Source: a virus
Taxonomy: Duplodnaviria; Caudoviricetes
Virus record (IMG/VR): IMGVR_UViG_3300010276_000069
Span: 1 to 26,689 of that record
Strand: one strand, 5' to 3'
Length of the DNA: 26,689 nucleotides
Shown here: piece after piece, positions 1-8,959 of the stretch
How positions within the stretch are numbered: the first letter of the stretch is position 1
How the letters are laid out: the number at the start of each line of letters is the position of its first letter
Made by a program: the position numbers and the translations under genes
The notes under the pieces: generated by a model
The model's input: only the letters and a program-made list of their open reading frames with translations
What the model was told of the DNA's origin: nothing
The model's database searches: none

Positions 1-230
1 TCAATCTTATTTGCTATGGCTATTGCCATCCTATCCACTGCATAATTTGAGTGAGGCATTCCGTCTCCTATTGATGGCTTTGGGTGAAGGAGCGAGGCTT
101 CAATCTGGGCCAGTCTTTCCTTTTGAGCTTCAATCTCTTTTATGAGATATACATATTGTCTCAATCGTTCCTTGGTCATTACTCCTATAGGTTCTTCCTT
201 TGATTGGAGGCTTCTAGCTTTTTTACTCAA
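1..230 (-). CDS. Partial phage transcriptional activator (RinA/ArpU/DUF1492-like), truncated by window edge
   Basis: Manually translated: TTG at 230 after GGAGGAGG RBS, ...MTKERLRQYVYLIKEIEAQKERLAQIEASLLHPKPSIGDGMP...; motif and position at end of early operon typical of phage late activators. Confidence 0.6.
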   Translation of the reverse strand, partial: MSKKARSLQSKEEPIGVMTKERLRQYVYLIKEIEAQKERLAQIEASLLHPKPSIGDGMPHSNYAVDRMAIAIANKI

Positions 231-1693
231 TTGTTATCGCCTCCTCCATCAGAAGATCCAATTATGGCCATAACTTCATCTATTGGCAACTCTTTCCCGT
301 CTCTTATGCATTTTAAATCATAGTATCTTTTAGTCACCTTAATATATCTCTTGACTATAACATCGCAGTATTTTGGGTCCAACTCCATGAGGTAAGCCCT
401 TCTGCCCAGTTGATCTGCTGCTATGAGTGTAGTTCCACTCCCTCCGAATGGATCAAGCACTAGTTCTCCTCTGCGGCTACTGTTATGTATAAATCTGCCG
501 ACGAGTGCCACTGGTTTCATGGTTGGATGTTCTGCATTCCTTAAGGGCTTGTCCTCGTAAATAACTGTCGTTATTCCTTGGTCTAATAACTTTTCGAGAA
601 GCTCTTTCAGTTCTTCCTTTTTGAGTTTGTCGAGATCTATCTTATCGTCAAATACAGTGCTCTGTGTCCTGTCATCTATAAAGTAGTGAGCTGCTCCTTC
701 CTTCCACCCATAGAGGATAGGTTCATGTCTCCAGTGGTAGTCTTGTCTTCCCAGCACCAGTGAGTTCTTTACCCAGATTAAACATGAGGCCAGTTTAAAT
801 CCTGCATCTTTAAGGGCCTTCCTGAAATTCAGGCCTTCGGTGTCTGCGTGGAATATATAAAAAGCTCCGCCCGGCTTAAGATTCTCATACATACGCATAT
901 AGGCCTCCAACAGGAAGTTGTAAAATTCTGCATCGCTCATATTGTCGTTTTTGATGGTGAGTTTCTTTTCTGTTCCTCCCTCGTAGTTCACATTGTAGGG
1001 CGGATCTGTGACTATGAGGTCTGCTTCCTCCCCATTCATGAGCTTTTCCATATCGTCTGGGCTGGTGCTGTCCCCACATAATACTCGGTGCTGGCCCCCC
1101 CCGAGTATCCATAGGTCGCCGGGTCGTGTGAATGGTTCTTCCGGCGGATCTATGACCGCATCCAATCCATTAAGTTGGTCCTCGAGGCCATCAGTTAAGG
1201 CATCAATGATTGCCGCATATTCCTCCTCGAGGTATCCGGTCAATTCTAGCGGTATTTCTCCCGTGTCAATTTGGCTTATCATATCCGCCAATGCTTTGGT
1301 ATCTATTTCGGCCAGTTCTGCTATTCTATTGTCAGCTATGAGGTCGGCATATTCTTCTGCTTCGGTTGCATAGTTTTGATAATCTACCGGAACCTCTTTC
1401 ACCTGCAGTTTCATGGCCGCCATTAGCCTTCCATGGCCTCTCACAATGAAGCCGGAGCGGGTGCTTACCGTAATAGGAGCACGCCATCCTTGAGCTTTTA
1501 TAATTTGAGCGAGTAGCTCTATTTGATATTCTGGGTGTTTATTCGGGTTGCCGGGATTGGGTACCAGTTTACCTATTGGCTCTATCTTGTCGAACGCACA
1601 GAATACCGGTATATTGTCCGCCATAGTTCTTGGCTTGGCTTCTGTTATGTAGTTTATCTCTGGTATTTCTACCTGTTTCTTTTTCTTGGCCAT
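227..1693 (-). CDS. ParB-like N-terminal domain fused to N6/N4 DNA methyltransferase
   Basis: PNPGNPNKH/GHGRLMAA/DNRIAE ParB-like motifs; DPPY catalytic motif, HPTMKP, LDPFGGSG SAM-binding motif; likely start MAKKKK at 1693 behind AAGGGGG RBS. Confidence 0.9.
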   Translation of the reverse strand: MAKKKKQVEIPEINYITEAKPRTMADNIPVFCAFDKIEPIGKLVPNPGNPNKHPEYQIELLAQIIKAQGWRAPITVSTRSGFIVRGHGRLMAAMKLQVKEVPVDYQNYATEAEEYADLIADNRIAELAEIDTKALADMISQIDTGEIPLELTGYLEEEYAAIIDALTDGLEDQLNGLDAVIDPPEEPFTRPGDLWILGGGQHRVLCGDSTSPDDMEKLMNGEEADLIVTDPPYNVNYEGGTEKKLTIKNDNMSDAEFYNFLLEAYMRMYENLKPGGAFYIFHADTEGLNFRKALKDAGFKLASCLIWVKNSLVLGRQDYHWRHEPILYGWKEGAAHYFIDDRTQSTVFDDKIDLDKLKKEELKELLEKLLDQGITTVIYEDKPLRNAEHPTMKPVALVGRFIHNSSRRGELVLDPFGGSGTTLIAADQLGRRAYLMELDPKYCDVIVKRYIKVTKRYYDLKCIRDGKELPIDEVMAIIGSSDGGGDNN

Positions 1694-1706
1694 CCCTGTG
1701 CCCCCT

Positions 1707-2108
1707 TTATTCTTGTTTTGTTGCTTTTGGTTTCTCTTGTGACCATGGTATTTTGCTACCACACTTTCCGCAGGTCCAGTCTTTTGAGGAAGTGTCCGAT
1801 AAATACCATTTAGTTCCGCAGTTAGGACATTTTCTTTCGGTCATTACATCCACTCCTCTCTTATTTTTTTTCTTAAACCTTCCGGCTTCCGGGCATGTGG
1901 CCCAGTGCGGCACATGCCCTATGCCGGTTGCTTTGTCTATGTCTCCTGAAAACTCGCAGGATATAACCTCGCCGTTTGGCGTTACAATTTTCCCTTTTGC
2001 TCCTTTGTTGGCCCAGTAGGTCACTGAGCCTGCGTCACAGGGTATGTTCTTTCCATTGCTGGTCTTTATGAATATAATGCTTGCTCCGCATCCTTTGCAT
2101 TTAGCCAT
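1707..2108 (-). CDS. Hypothetical phage protein with CxxC zinc ribbons
   Basis: CKGCG, HWATC, CPNCG, CGKCG; coupled to neighbours. Confidence 0.7.
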   Translation of the reverse strand: MAKCKGCGASIIFIKTSNGKNIPCDAGSVTYWANKGAKGKIVTPNGEVISCEFSGDIDKATGIGHVPHWATCPEAGRFKKKNKRGVDVMTERKCPNCGTKWYLSDTSSKDWTCGKCGSKIPWSQEKPKATKQE

Positions 2109-2802
2109 GTTTTTCTGCCTCCTCCCGAGCTTTTGCTCTCATAAGTGCTTCCATGGCTCCGATGGCCACGGCTGCCACATGGCTAAGCTCCTTCATCATG
2201 TTGTCATATCCGCCCTTTTTTCGAGCTTCTTCTCCGTTATAAAACACAGTCTCATTGACTGCTTGGCAATACTCGCCGTATTCCTCGCCGAGGATCCCGG
2301 TCCAATATTGAGGAGGATGGTTTTGTTCTCCCCATTTGGCGTCTTGGCGGTTTCTCTCTCTATTCACGAGTGCGAGCGCTTCATGCCTTGTTATATACTC
2401 TTCGGGAGGTATGTTTGTTGATTTGTCGAGTTCTCTGCCGCATATTGGGCAGAAATTATACTTACATGGGCTACCGAGAATGTCTCGGTAGTATCCGTCT
2501 TTGCAATGGTAACATCCTTGCTCTGCTTTCATGCTTTTTACTTCCTCCCACCCCTTCTTCTTTGCGTAGCTGTCGATGTCTATACTGGCTTCCTCAAGTT
2601 CTGCCTCCTCTTTGGTTAAGCCTTTATATGTCAGCCACCTTATACATGCACTTAATGTATTGAATATCTCTACCCATGCATCGCCTGTGCTGTTGTCTAT
2701 GGCCACAAATCTGCCTTTGTATTCGGTATAGAATAGGCCCCATGGTTCTCTGGTATCGATGATCTGTTCTGCTTCATCTTTCGTAACATTTTTAATCTCC
2801 AT
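2101..2802 (-). CDS. Multi-domain protein with C-terminal MazG-like/NTP-PPase domain
   Basis: ERNRQDAKWGEQ...ILGEEYGE...ELSHVAAVA pattern; start MEIKNV at 2802 behind GGAGG. Confidence 0.65.
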   Translation of the reverse strand: MEIKNVTKDEAEQIIDTREPWGLFYTEYKGRFVAIDNSTGDAWVEIFNTLSACIRWLTYKGLTKEEAELEEASIDIDSYAKKKGWEEVKSMKAEQGCYHCKDGYYRDILGSPCKYNFCPICGRELDKSTNIPPEEYITRHEALALVNRERNRQDAKWGEQNHPPQYWTGILGEEYGEYCQAVNETVFYNGEEARKKGGYDNMMKELSHVAAVAIGAMEALMRAKAREEAEKHG

Positions 2803-2983
2803 GCTGCACCTCCTCCACCTCTTGGCTCCAGCACTTGAGGCACTTGGTGTGGTCCTTGGCCTCCTTGGTATTGTGAGCATCTTCGCATTCCTTGACCTTT
2901 ATCTTAAAGTCGCTGGGACAGTATCCTATGATCACTTCCTGCGTTTTAGCGAAGCCGTGTTTCCCCATGTCCATGGCTCTCAT
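2792..2983 (-). CDS. Small Cys-rich hypothetical protein
   Basis: ORF overlaps both neighbours in operon fashion. Confidence 0.55.
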   Translation of the reverse strand: MRAMDMGKHGFAKTQEVIIGYCPSDFKIKVKECEDAHNTKEAKDHTKCLKCWSQEVEEVQHGD

Positions 2984-3273
2984 TGTTGGTCGCCTCCTCT
3001 GATGGCCTTCCAGACCGATACATTCCTTTGGGTTTTACTGCAGTATTTCTTGCCGACTACTATTGCTCTTCCTTCTTCTTTCAGCTCCGTTAGGCGTGGG
3101 CTTACAAAGTTGCGGTCATAGTATTTGATGTATCCCCTTGCCAGTAATTCCTCGGTTATCTCATGGGCTGTCATAGCCCGGTCCTTCATAATTTCAAGTA
3201 TTAAGCTCTTTCTGTCGGTGATTTTTGGTAAAATAGCCTCATAGCTTTCCCTTCTGGTTTCATTAGTTATCAT
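2980..3273 (-). CDS. Winged-helix DNA-binding phage protein
   Basis: MTAHEI...NFVSPRLTEL...V-K pattern typical of phage wHTH proteins. Confidence 0.65.
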   Translation of the reverse strand: MITNETRRESYEAILPKITDRKSLILEIMKDRAMTAHEITEELLARGYIKYYDRNFVSPRLTELKEEGRAIVVGKKYCSKTQRNVSVWKAIRGGDQQ

Positions 3274-3851
3274 TTTTCTACCCCCTCCAAAAATCTTATA
3301 ATTCCGCCAGTGGCTTTGATTTTAAAAGGTTCTAATTCCTCTATGGTCATGTGCTTATGGCCATATATTTCTTTCATATCCCTCCATACGGTCCATGGCA
3401 CCCTATAGAAATTCTGCAAATCGACCGATACAAGGATGAATGCTATTGCTCCCAGCTCGCTGTATTTTTGTAATCTCTCACATTGCTCATCTGTTAGCCG
3501 GCTTTGCTCTATTTTGTCTGAGCTAGTATGCTTAGCCTCAAAGACTATTGCTCTGCCATTAGCCAGTGTGCCTTTATAATCTGGCTGAGCCTGCTTTTCA
3601 TAATGAGCCACAAATTTTCCACCTCCGAGGCTCCTTATTGGTCTCATGGGTTCAGGGGTCTTTTCTATTACGGCTATTTTCAGATCCTCGTAAAATCTGC
3701 AGGCTGCGTCTATCATTTTCTCAAAATATTGGCCGACTACTTTAGCCTGTGCTCCTTGGATTTGTCTTTTCGGGTCCTTGATTCTTTTAAGTGCTTCATA
3801 TGGTGTTGGATCTTTATATCCTTCTTGATTGTATTTGCTAATCTTGGCCAT
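3270..3851 (-). CDS. recU: RecU-family Holliday junction resolvase
   Basis: GxxFE, KTPEP, PDYKG, FEAK motifs. Confidence 0.85.
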   Translation of the reverse strand: MAKISKYNQEGYKDPTPYEALKRIKDPKRQIQGAQAKVVGQYFEKMIDAACRFYEDLKIAVIEKTPEPMRPIRSLGGGKFVAHYEKQAQPDYKGTLANGRAIVFEAKHTSSDKIEQSRLTDEQCERLQKYSELGAIAFILVSVDLQNFYRVPWTVWRDMKEIYGHKHMTIEELEPFKIKATGGIIRFLEGVEK

Positions 3852-3984
3852 ATCGCACCTCCTTGGCTTTCAATATGTGGCAGGTACTTACAGGCGCATT
3901 ATGTGCTTTGCAGTACGCCCATTTCTTGCAGTTCTGTCCTTCGCAATCCTCGAGGTATTTCTCCCCGGTCATTTTGAATTTCAT
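3838..3984 (-). CDS. Small Cys-rich ORF (48 aa), possibly frameshifted tail of the upstream gene
   Basis: MKFKMTGEKYLEDCEGQNCKKWAYCKAH...; fills the gap between genes, no strong RBS. Confidence 0.4.
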   Translation of the reverse strand: MKFKMTGEKYLEDCEGQNCKKWAYCKAHNAPVSTCHILKAKEVRYGQD

Positions 3985-4016
3985 GTAGTCTAAAATCTGG
4001 CTTATTACTCGGTCGG

Positions 4017-4436
4017 TTATCTGCTTTTGTATTTTTCCGGCAGCTCTATGTATATGGGGCCTATGTCTATCCCTTTTGGCGCTTTTATTTCCTTGGGAGT
4101 TTCCTCTGTGATTACTCCGTTGATGTAAAGTATCGGCATGCCTATTGCCTCGGCCAGCTTTATCTCTGCTGCCATACCTTCGCTGATGGTATCTCCAAAT
4201 ACCCAGAGCTCATCACATCGCTTTAACATTTCCATTCCCATGCCCATGCCGACTGCTCTTTGCACCGGATCCGAGTCGTCCATAAACTGTGTGAATAATA
4301 AGTGCGGTGCATATGGTATAAAGCCTTGATCTACTACCATCTTGTAGTATTGCTTTGCTCGTGCCATGTTGAGCTTATAATCTCCCCTCAAGGGACTTGC
4401 TACATATATCAGCTTTCTTTTCGTTGCCTCGCTCAT
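4017..4436 (-). CDS. DUF4406-like / nucleoside 2-deoxyribosyltransferase-fold protein
   Basis: IYVASPLRG...APH...CDELWVFG..ISEGMAAEI motif. Confidence 0.75.
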   Translation of the reverse strand: MSEATKRKLIYVASPLRGDYKLNMARAKQYYKMVVDQGFIPYAPHLLFTQFMDDSDPVQRAVGMGMGMEMLKRCDELWVFGDTISEGMAAEIKLAEAIGMPILYINGVITEETPKEIKAPKGIDIGPIYIELPEKYKSR

Positions 4437-4587
4437 TTACATCTATCCTCCCTTTACTTGCTTTTATTTCAAGAGGCGCATAATTGCCGCAGTGCTTATA
4501 AAAATGCTTTTTATAAAATGGGCACACTCCCGGGTATTCATCTACGGTCTCTGCTCCAATCCTGCAGGTGCTGCAGTTTTTAATCAC
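4375..4587 (-). CDS. Small Cys-rich hypothetical protein
   Basis: Starts overlapping upstream stop, GAGG RBS, CxxC motif. Confidence 0.5.
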   Translation of the reverse strand: MIKNCSTCRIGAETVDEYPGVCPFYKKHFYKHCGNYAPLEIKASKGRIDVNERGNEKKADICSKSLEGRL

Positions 4588-5146
4588 AGCTTTGTTCCTC
4601 CTCTCTGATTTCCGGAAGGCTCACTATCTCAATTTTCGCTCCTTGGATCCTTCCCAGCTCGAGCGCTGCTTGATGGCCTTCCGGTGTGAATATATCTAAT
4701 CTTCCGATTTTGTTCAGGCTGCTGCCTCCACGGTCTGCTATTACATGGGTCTTACCTTCTATTCTGATGATGGTCCCAAATGGTAGCCAGTTGCATGCTG
4801 CTACTGGTATTTCTGGTTCCTTGTCGCTTTCTATCTTTAGTCCGCTTGCTGTTATACCATCAATTTTTCCGCAGCATTTCATGCATACGCAGTAGTGTGT
4901 TAGCTCTCCGGTGATGATGTCCCCCTCAGTAATGCCTTTATATGTTCTTGGTTTTTTCTCAAGCTCCGGCTCTGGTTCCAGTTTTGGCTCCTGTGCTATG
5001 ATTTGGTTCTTTATCCCCCTTACCGGCTTATATCTGAATACAGGCTCGGCCTCAGCTTTATTAGTCGTCTGTGTCGAGACCATAAATATTGCTATTACGA
5101 CTGCTGCCATTAAAATTGCTTTTGTAATTTGCTTCATTCTCTGCAC
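4580..5146 (-). CDS. Secreted/membrane-anchored 3D-domain (MltA-like) protein
   Basis: N-terminal hydrophobic signal; THYC..CCGK.DGITASG, LPFGT, ADRGG, RLDIF 3D motifs. Confidence 0.8.
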   Translation of the reverse strand: MQRMKQITKAILMAAVVIAIFMVSTQTTNKAEAEPVFRYKPVRGIKNQIIAQEPKLEPEPELEKKPRTYKGITEGDIITGELTHYCVCMKCCGKIDGITASGLKIESDKEPEIPVAACNWLPFGTIIRIEGKTHVIADRGGSSLNKIGRLDIFTPEGHQAALELGRIQGAKIEIVSLPEIREEEQSCD

Positions 5147-6117
5147 CTCCAGCTCGGGCCGGTCATCATAATGCCTTCACACATCTCCCTGAGCCTGTCT
5201 ATAATTGCCTCGGCTGTTATGTCGTCGCCTCTCTCTGGGGTTAACCTCTTAATTAGTGCCTTATCATCGTAGTTAGTGGTTACTATGGTCGGCATATATC
5301 CTTCGTACCGGCTGTTTATGATGGTATAAATCTTTGATACTCCCCATTCTGTCGGTGGTTCTTTACCCATGTCGTCGATGATCAGGAGTGGGACCGTCTC
5401 ATAAAGCTTCAAAACATCGACTTCCGAGGTTGTCCCTTTGTCATATGTCCTCTTTATGCGGTCCAGTAGGTCAATCATGGTCATGCATATTACCGGCTGC
5501 CCTTGCATCATGAGTTGATTTGCTATGGCGGCTACGAGGTGGGTTTTACCGGTACCTACGCTGCCGGTTATAAATAATCCATTTCGGTCCAGCTTCTTGC
5601 CACCGGCCGGGAGCTTGCTCTGGAAGTTGTCAGCGTATGCTTTGGCTATCCTGTATGCTGCTCCGTTTGTTTCAGTTACTATGAAGTTTTTAAAGGTCCT
5701 ATTTAAAAACCGCTCTCTCATCCCGCTCTCGCCGATGATCCTCTTTATCCTTAACCTTACCCTTTCGGCTTCTTCTTCCTGCTTTCGCCTTTCCTCGACC
5801 TGCTGTCGTTCTCTCTCTTTGCGTCTTTTGTCCGCTTGGAAAGCTTCGCAGCTGCATTCTGCCGAGTGCGGGAACCATATCACCCTGTCTCCAAATCTCC
5901 CACCTTTTGCGTACATAGGTCCTTTGCAAAACGGGCAGGTTTCTGGTTCAGGTGGGTTGTACTTACTCGCTTCAGGATCCGAAGCAATTAAGAAAATGTC
6001 ACTATTTTGGGTCTCTTGTTGGGTCTGTGGCCATCCTGAAGCCTGTGAGTTTTGGGGCCTCCGCTTGTCCTCTGTCTGGTCTTGCATCTTGTTCAGAATG
6101 TTTGCTATTGCCTCCAT
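5134..6117 (-). CDS. DnaC/IstB-like AAA+ helicase loader
   Basis: Walker A GSVGTGKT, Walker B LLIIDD, TTN, IDRLREM; N-terminal Zn motif; follows Rep. Confidence 0.9.
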   Translation of the reverse strand: MEAIANILNKMQDQTEDKRRPQNSQASGWPQTQQETQNSDIFLIASDPEASKYNPPEPETCPFCKGPMYAKGGRFGDRVIWFPHSAECSCEAFQADKRRKERERQQVEERRKQEEEAERVRLRIKRIIGESGMRERFLNRTFKNFIVTETNGAAYRIAKAYADNFQSKLPAGGKKLDRNGLFITGSVGTGKTHLVAAIANQLMMQGQPVICMTMIDLLDRIKRTYDKGTTSEVDVLKLYETVPLLIIDDMGKEPPTEWGVSKIYTIINSRYEGYMPTIVTTNYDDKALIKRLTPERGDDITAEAIIDRLREMCEGIMMTGPSWRCRE

Positions 6118-7198
6118 TTCCTATTACTCCTCCTTTGTCGTCGTACTTGCCTTCAAGTACTTTGGCCATATTGGTCGGCTTCATTAGCCAGTCAAAGTCA
6201 GCTTTCCAGTTTCTATCGTTATGACCTTTCAGGAAACTGCTGGCTTCTGCTTTTCTGAATAATTCCTCAAATGCCTGTATGCTCTTGTACTCGTTCCATC
6301 TTGCTGAAACTGCCTTTTTCCTTTGACCGTTTATGTTTATGATTTTAGGGAAACTAAGACATGTGCTTATAAAAAGCTCTTGAATTTTCTTGTAAGGTAC
6401 CGGTTCTCTATCTGCCGGTGGGTCTGCTGGTGGTTCTGGGGGCTTGTCCCCCTTAGACTCTTTAGAGTCTATATCTATATTGGTACTGTACTGTACTGTA
6501 CTGTACTGTAATAGTAGATTTTTTTTGCCATTAATCTGTTGATTATCTGTAGAAATCTGTTGATTATCTACCTGATTTTTACCTGATATTTGTTCATCTG
6601 TCGCCGTTGTCCTTGGTTGCAGCAAGGTCATACCAGCCTGTTCCGGTGTCCTGCCAGCCTTCTTTAAATCGCATGCTCTGCAGGCTACCACTATGTTATC
6701 TATGCTGTGGTCTCCGTCCGGATCCACAAGGTTATAAGTTCCTCCCCCAGCTCCCTTCCTATCATCCCAGTTGACTATTCTGCCGCAGTATCTGCAGTTG
6801 TCGCCATCCCTGTTTCTTACTGCCTTGATTACTCTCATGTTGCTGTAAAGGGTCCTTTGTCTCATCCTGTAGGCTTTTTCCTGCTCTCTGCGGTCGATTA
6901 ACTTGCCGGCATATTCCTGCCAGTCATGTATCAAGATTTGGCCATCATGTTTATCAAACCATCCGCAATCTATCAAAACATTCATTAGCTCCTCTGGATC
7001 TCCGTCCCACTGTGCTGCTCTGGCTATTGTTTTTGGCCTTATCTCTGTGATGTCACCGTCCGGTACGTTGTCTATTGCCCACAGCCAGAGGGATATAAGC
7101 ATTCCCATCATAGTAACCGGTTTAACGTCTAGAGCGTCTGCTGCTTCATATGTTTTTCTATGGTCCCTCAATGACTGATGTATCTCAAGCCACGCCAA
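6002..7198 (-). CDS. Phage replication initiator (Rep) with internal degenerate HNH-like module
   Basis: MAWLEIHQSL N-terminus, C-terminal WKADFDWLMKPTNMAKVLEGKYD typical of phage replisome organisers; internal iterons. Confidence 0.8.
   Translation of the reverse strand: MAWLEIHQSLRDHRKTYEAADALDVKPVTMMGMLISLWLWAIDNVPDGDITEIRPKTIARAAQWDGDPEELMNVLIDCGWFDKHDGQILIHDWQEYAGKLIDRREQEKAYRMRQRTLYSNMRVIKAVRNRDGDNCRYCGRIVNWDDRKGAGGGTYNLVDPDGDHSIDNIVVACRACDLKKAGRTPEQAGMTLLQPRTTATDEQISGKNQVDNQQISTDNQQINGKKNLLLQYSTVQYSTNIDIDSKESKGDKPPEPPADPPADREPVPYKKIQELFISTCLSFPKIININGQRKKAVSARWNEYKSIQAFEELFRKAEASSFLKGHNDRNWKADFDWLMKPTNMAKVLEGKYDDKGGVIGNGGNSKHSEQDARPDRGQAEAPKLTGFRMATDPTRDPK
6481..6595. repeat. Putative phage origin: GTACT x5 microsatellite plus ATCTGTTGATT / TACCTGAT iteron-like repeats
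   Basis: gtactgtactgtactgtactgtact at ~6483-6507; atctgttgatt twice and tacctgat twice in 6534-6587, inside rep as in lambdoid-type origins. Confidence 0.65.
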
Positions 7199-7225
7199 TT
7201 TCTCACACCCCCTTTATTTTTAAGC

Positions 7226-7257
7226 GGTAGGCTCACCCTTCTCGGAGCGAGCCTACC
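7226..7257 (-). promoter_or_regulatory. Intergenic stem-loop upstream of rep
   Basis: ggtaggctc...gagcctacc arms, extended by G-U pairs on the minus-strand RNA; no U-tract. Confidence 0.45.
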
Positions 7258-7262
7258 CGGTT

Positions 7263-7772
7263 TTATGATGCGTTATCGGTCCAGAGGATTTCTCCAGTAT
7301 CATCGTCTACTATTAGCTCACTATCCGTTTGCTCATCTGTCTCGTTTTGTTCTTCTTCCGTATCGATTTGTTGAAAATCTGTAGATATCTGTTGATTTTC
7401 TACCTGATTTCTACCTGCGTCCCACAGTTTTTTCTCTTTTTGCTTTTGCTGCTCAAAGTAGACCTGAAGGTATAAGTAGTGGAGCTTCTTGGCACCGTTC
7501 TTGATTTTAATTAAAAGGTCCTCATCTATAACAAAGTCTCCAAATGATCTGAGCGTCAGCTCGTGCCCGAATACCAGCTCTATACGTGCGTCCGGATCTG
7601 TGGTCGGCTCGTCATTTCCTAGGTCGAGTCTCATCTGTGCCGCTTTCTCCCAGAGCGGTTTTATGGTCAGTATGATTGGGAAGTCCTCCTTGCTGAAAGT
7701 GTACTCTAGGTCGTTATCCTCGCATAACTTGTCCAGCTTTTTCTGCTGTTCAATCAGCTTGTTGTATAGCAT
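7263..7772 (-). CDS. Hypothetical protein carrying a second copy of the iteron block
   Basis: ORF with AGGAG RBS; acidic C-terminus. Confidence 0.75.
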   Translation of the reverse strand: MLYNKLIEQQKKLDKLCEDNDLEYTFSKEDFPIILTIKPLWEKAAQMRLDLGNDEPTTDPDARIELVFGHELTLRSFGDFVIDEDLLIKIKNGAKKLHYLYLQVYFEQQKQKEKKLWDAGRNQVENQQISTDFQQIDTEEEQNETDEQTDSELIVDDDTGEILWTDNAS

Positions 7773-7787
7773 TTGCTCTCCTCCTTT

Positions 7788-8186
7788 CTAAAATGGTAGG
7801 TCGTCATCGTAATCCACTGGTGTGAAGTCGTTCGTGTCGTACTCACCGCTTGGCTCTGTGTTCGTGCCTCTTTTGCTATCGGCGAAGAATATTAAAGCTG
7901 CCTCCACCTCTGTGACCTTGCGGTGGTTCCCATCTTTGTCCTCATAGGTCCTTGTTTTAATACGGCCTTCTATCAATATCTGCTGTCCTTTGGTGAGGTA
8001 GTTGGCTACAAACTCAGCACGCTCCCTCCACGCTATTACCGGTATGAAGTCGGCCTCGCTGGTTCCATCTGGCTTTTTCCTGCCGCTGTTTACTGCAAGG
8101 TCAAATCTTGTTACTGCTATTCCGTTTGCGGTATATCTTAGCTCGGGGTCTCGTGTGAGACGCCCGAGCAGTATTGCTTTATTCAT
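7788..8186 (-). CDS. ssb: Single-stranded DNA-binding protein
   Basis: MNKAILLGRLTRDPELRYT... and C-terminal DDDLPF. Confidence 0.95.
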   Translation of the reverse strand: MNKAILLGRLTRDPELRYTANGIAVTRFDLAVNSGRKKPDGTSEADFIPVIAWRERAEFVANYLTKGQQILIEGRIKTRTYEDKDGNHRKVTEVEAALIFFADSKRGTNTEPSGEYDTNDFTPVDYDDDLPF

Positions 8187-8947
8187 TAAGCGTGTCCTCC
8201 CTTCGCTGCTGCTGCGTCAAGTTGTTTGCATAGCTCGTCATATTCCTCTCTGGTCAGGTCTTTAGCTGCAGCCTTCTTGTATTTCTTGGCTATATGCTCG
8301 CTTAGCTGTTCCTTGGAGACCCCGGCGGCTATTGCTTTAGCATTCAGCCTTGATATTTGCTTGTCGGTTAGTTTCCCTGTGGTCCCGGCTGGCTGCTTAT
8401 TTCCTTCCGGTGGAGTCGCTGGAGGAGTTTTATGTTGTTCTTGCGGTTTTTGTTCCTTCTGCGATTGTTCCTGTCCTTCAGGTGCGAGATTTTGGTTGTC
8501 CGGATCGTCATCGCCCATGTCTATGCTGAATTTCTCAAAAAGGTAATACTTTAAAGCATATGTCCATGCTGCGCCTTTTGCCTTGGCAGGGTCGTCGTTC
8601 CATCCTATGGCGTGTATCTCTGCCGTCAGGACATCGTCCGGATTGTCAGCGTCGGTCCACTGTATAGTCAGGTTGGCTCTGTATACCCACATGAGCCTTT
8701 CGCCGAATTTGGTCTTTACCGTCATGGCCTCGACGGTTGGATCCGTTTCCTTGATTACATCGAATACAACATTGAGCTCGTTCATCTTAGGTGTAATGGC
8801 CTTCCATACGGAGTCTATCTTGGCAAACTTATAATCTACCTTGTCGCTGTACCTTTCCTTCTGTATGTATGGAACACATTTTCTGAGCTCTACAATCTTT
8901 TGATGGAGGTTTAAAGCTGTTGTTGCCTCCTGCTCGGTTTTGCTCAT
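8186..8947 (-). CDS. ERF-family single-strand annealing recombinase
   Basis: KAKGAAWTYALKYYL...DDDPD ERF signature; adjacent to ssb. Confidence 0.85.
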   Translation of the reverse strand: MSKTEQEATTALNLHQKIVELRKCVPYIQKERYSDKVDYKFAKIDSVWKAITPKMNELNVVFDVIKETDPTVEAMTVKTKFGERLMWVYRANLTIQWTDADNPDDVLTAEIHAIGWNDDPAKAKGAAWTYALKYYLFEKFSIDMGDDDPDNQNLAPEGQEQSQKEQKPQEQHKTPPATPPEGNKQPAGTTGKLTDKQISRLNAKAIAAGVSKEQLSEHIAKKYKKAAAKDLTREEYDELCKQLDAAAAKGGHA

Positions 8948-8959
8948 GGTGCTCCCCCT

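Noticed and set aside
227-1693. Methyltransferase as part of a restriction-modification system
   Set aside because: No cognate endonuclease nearby; ParB-MTase fusions are common orphan phage genes
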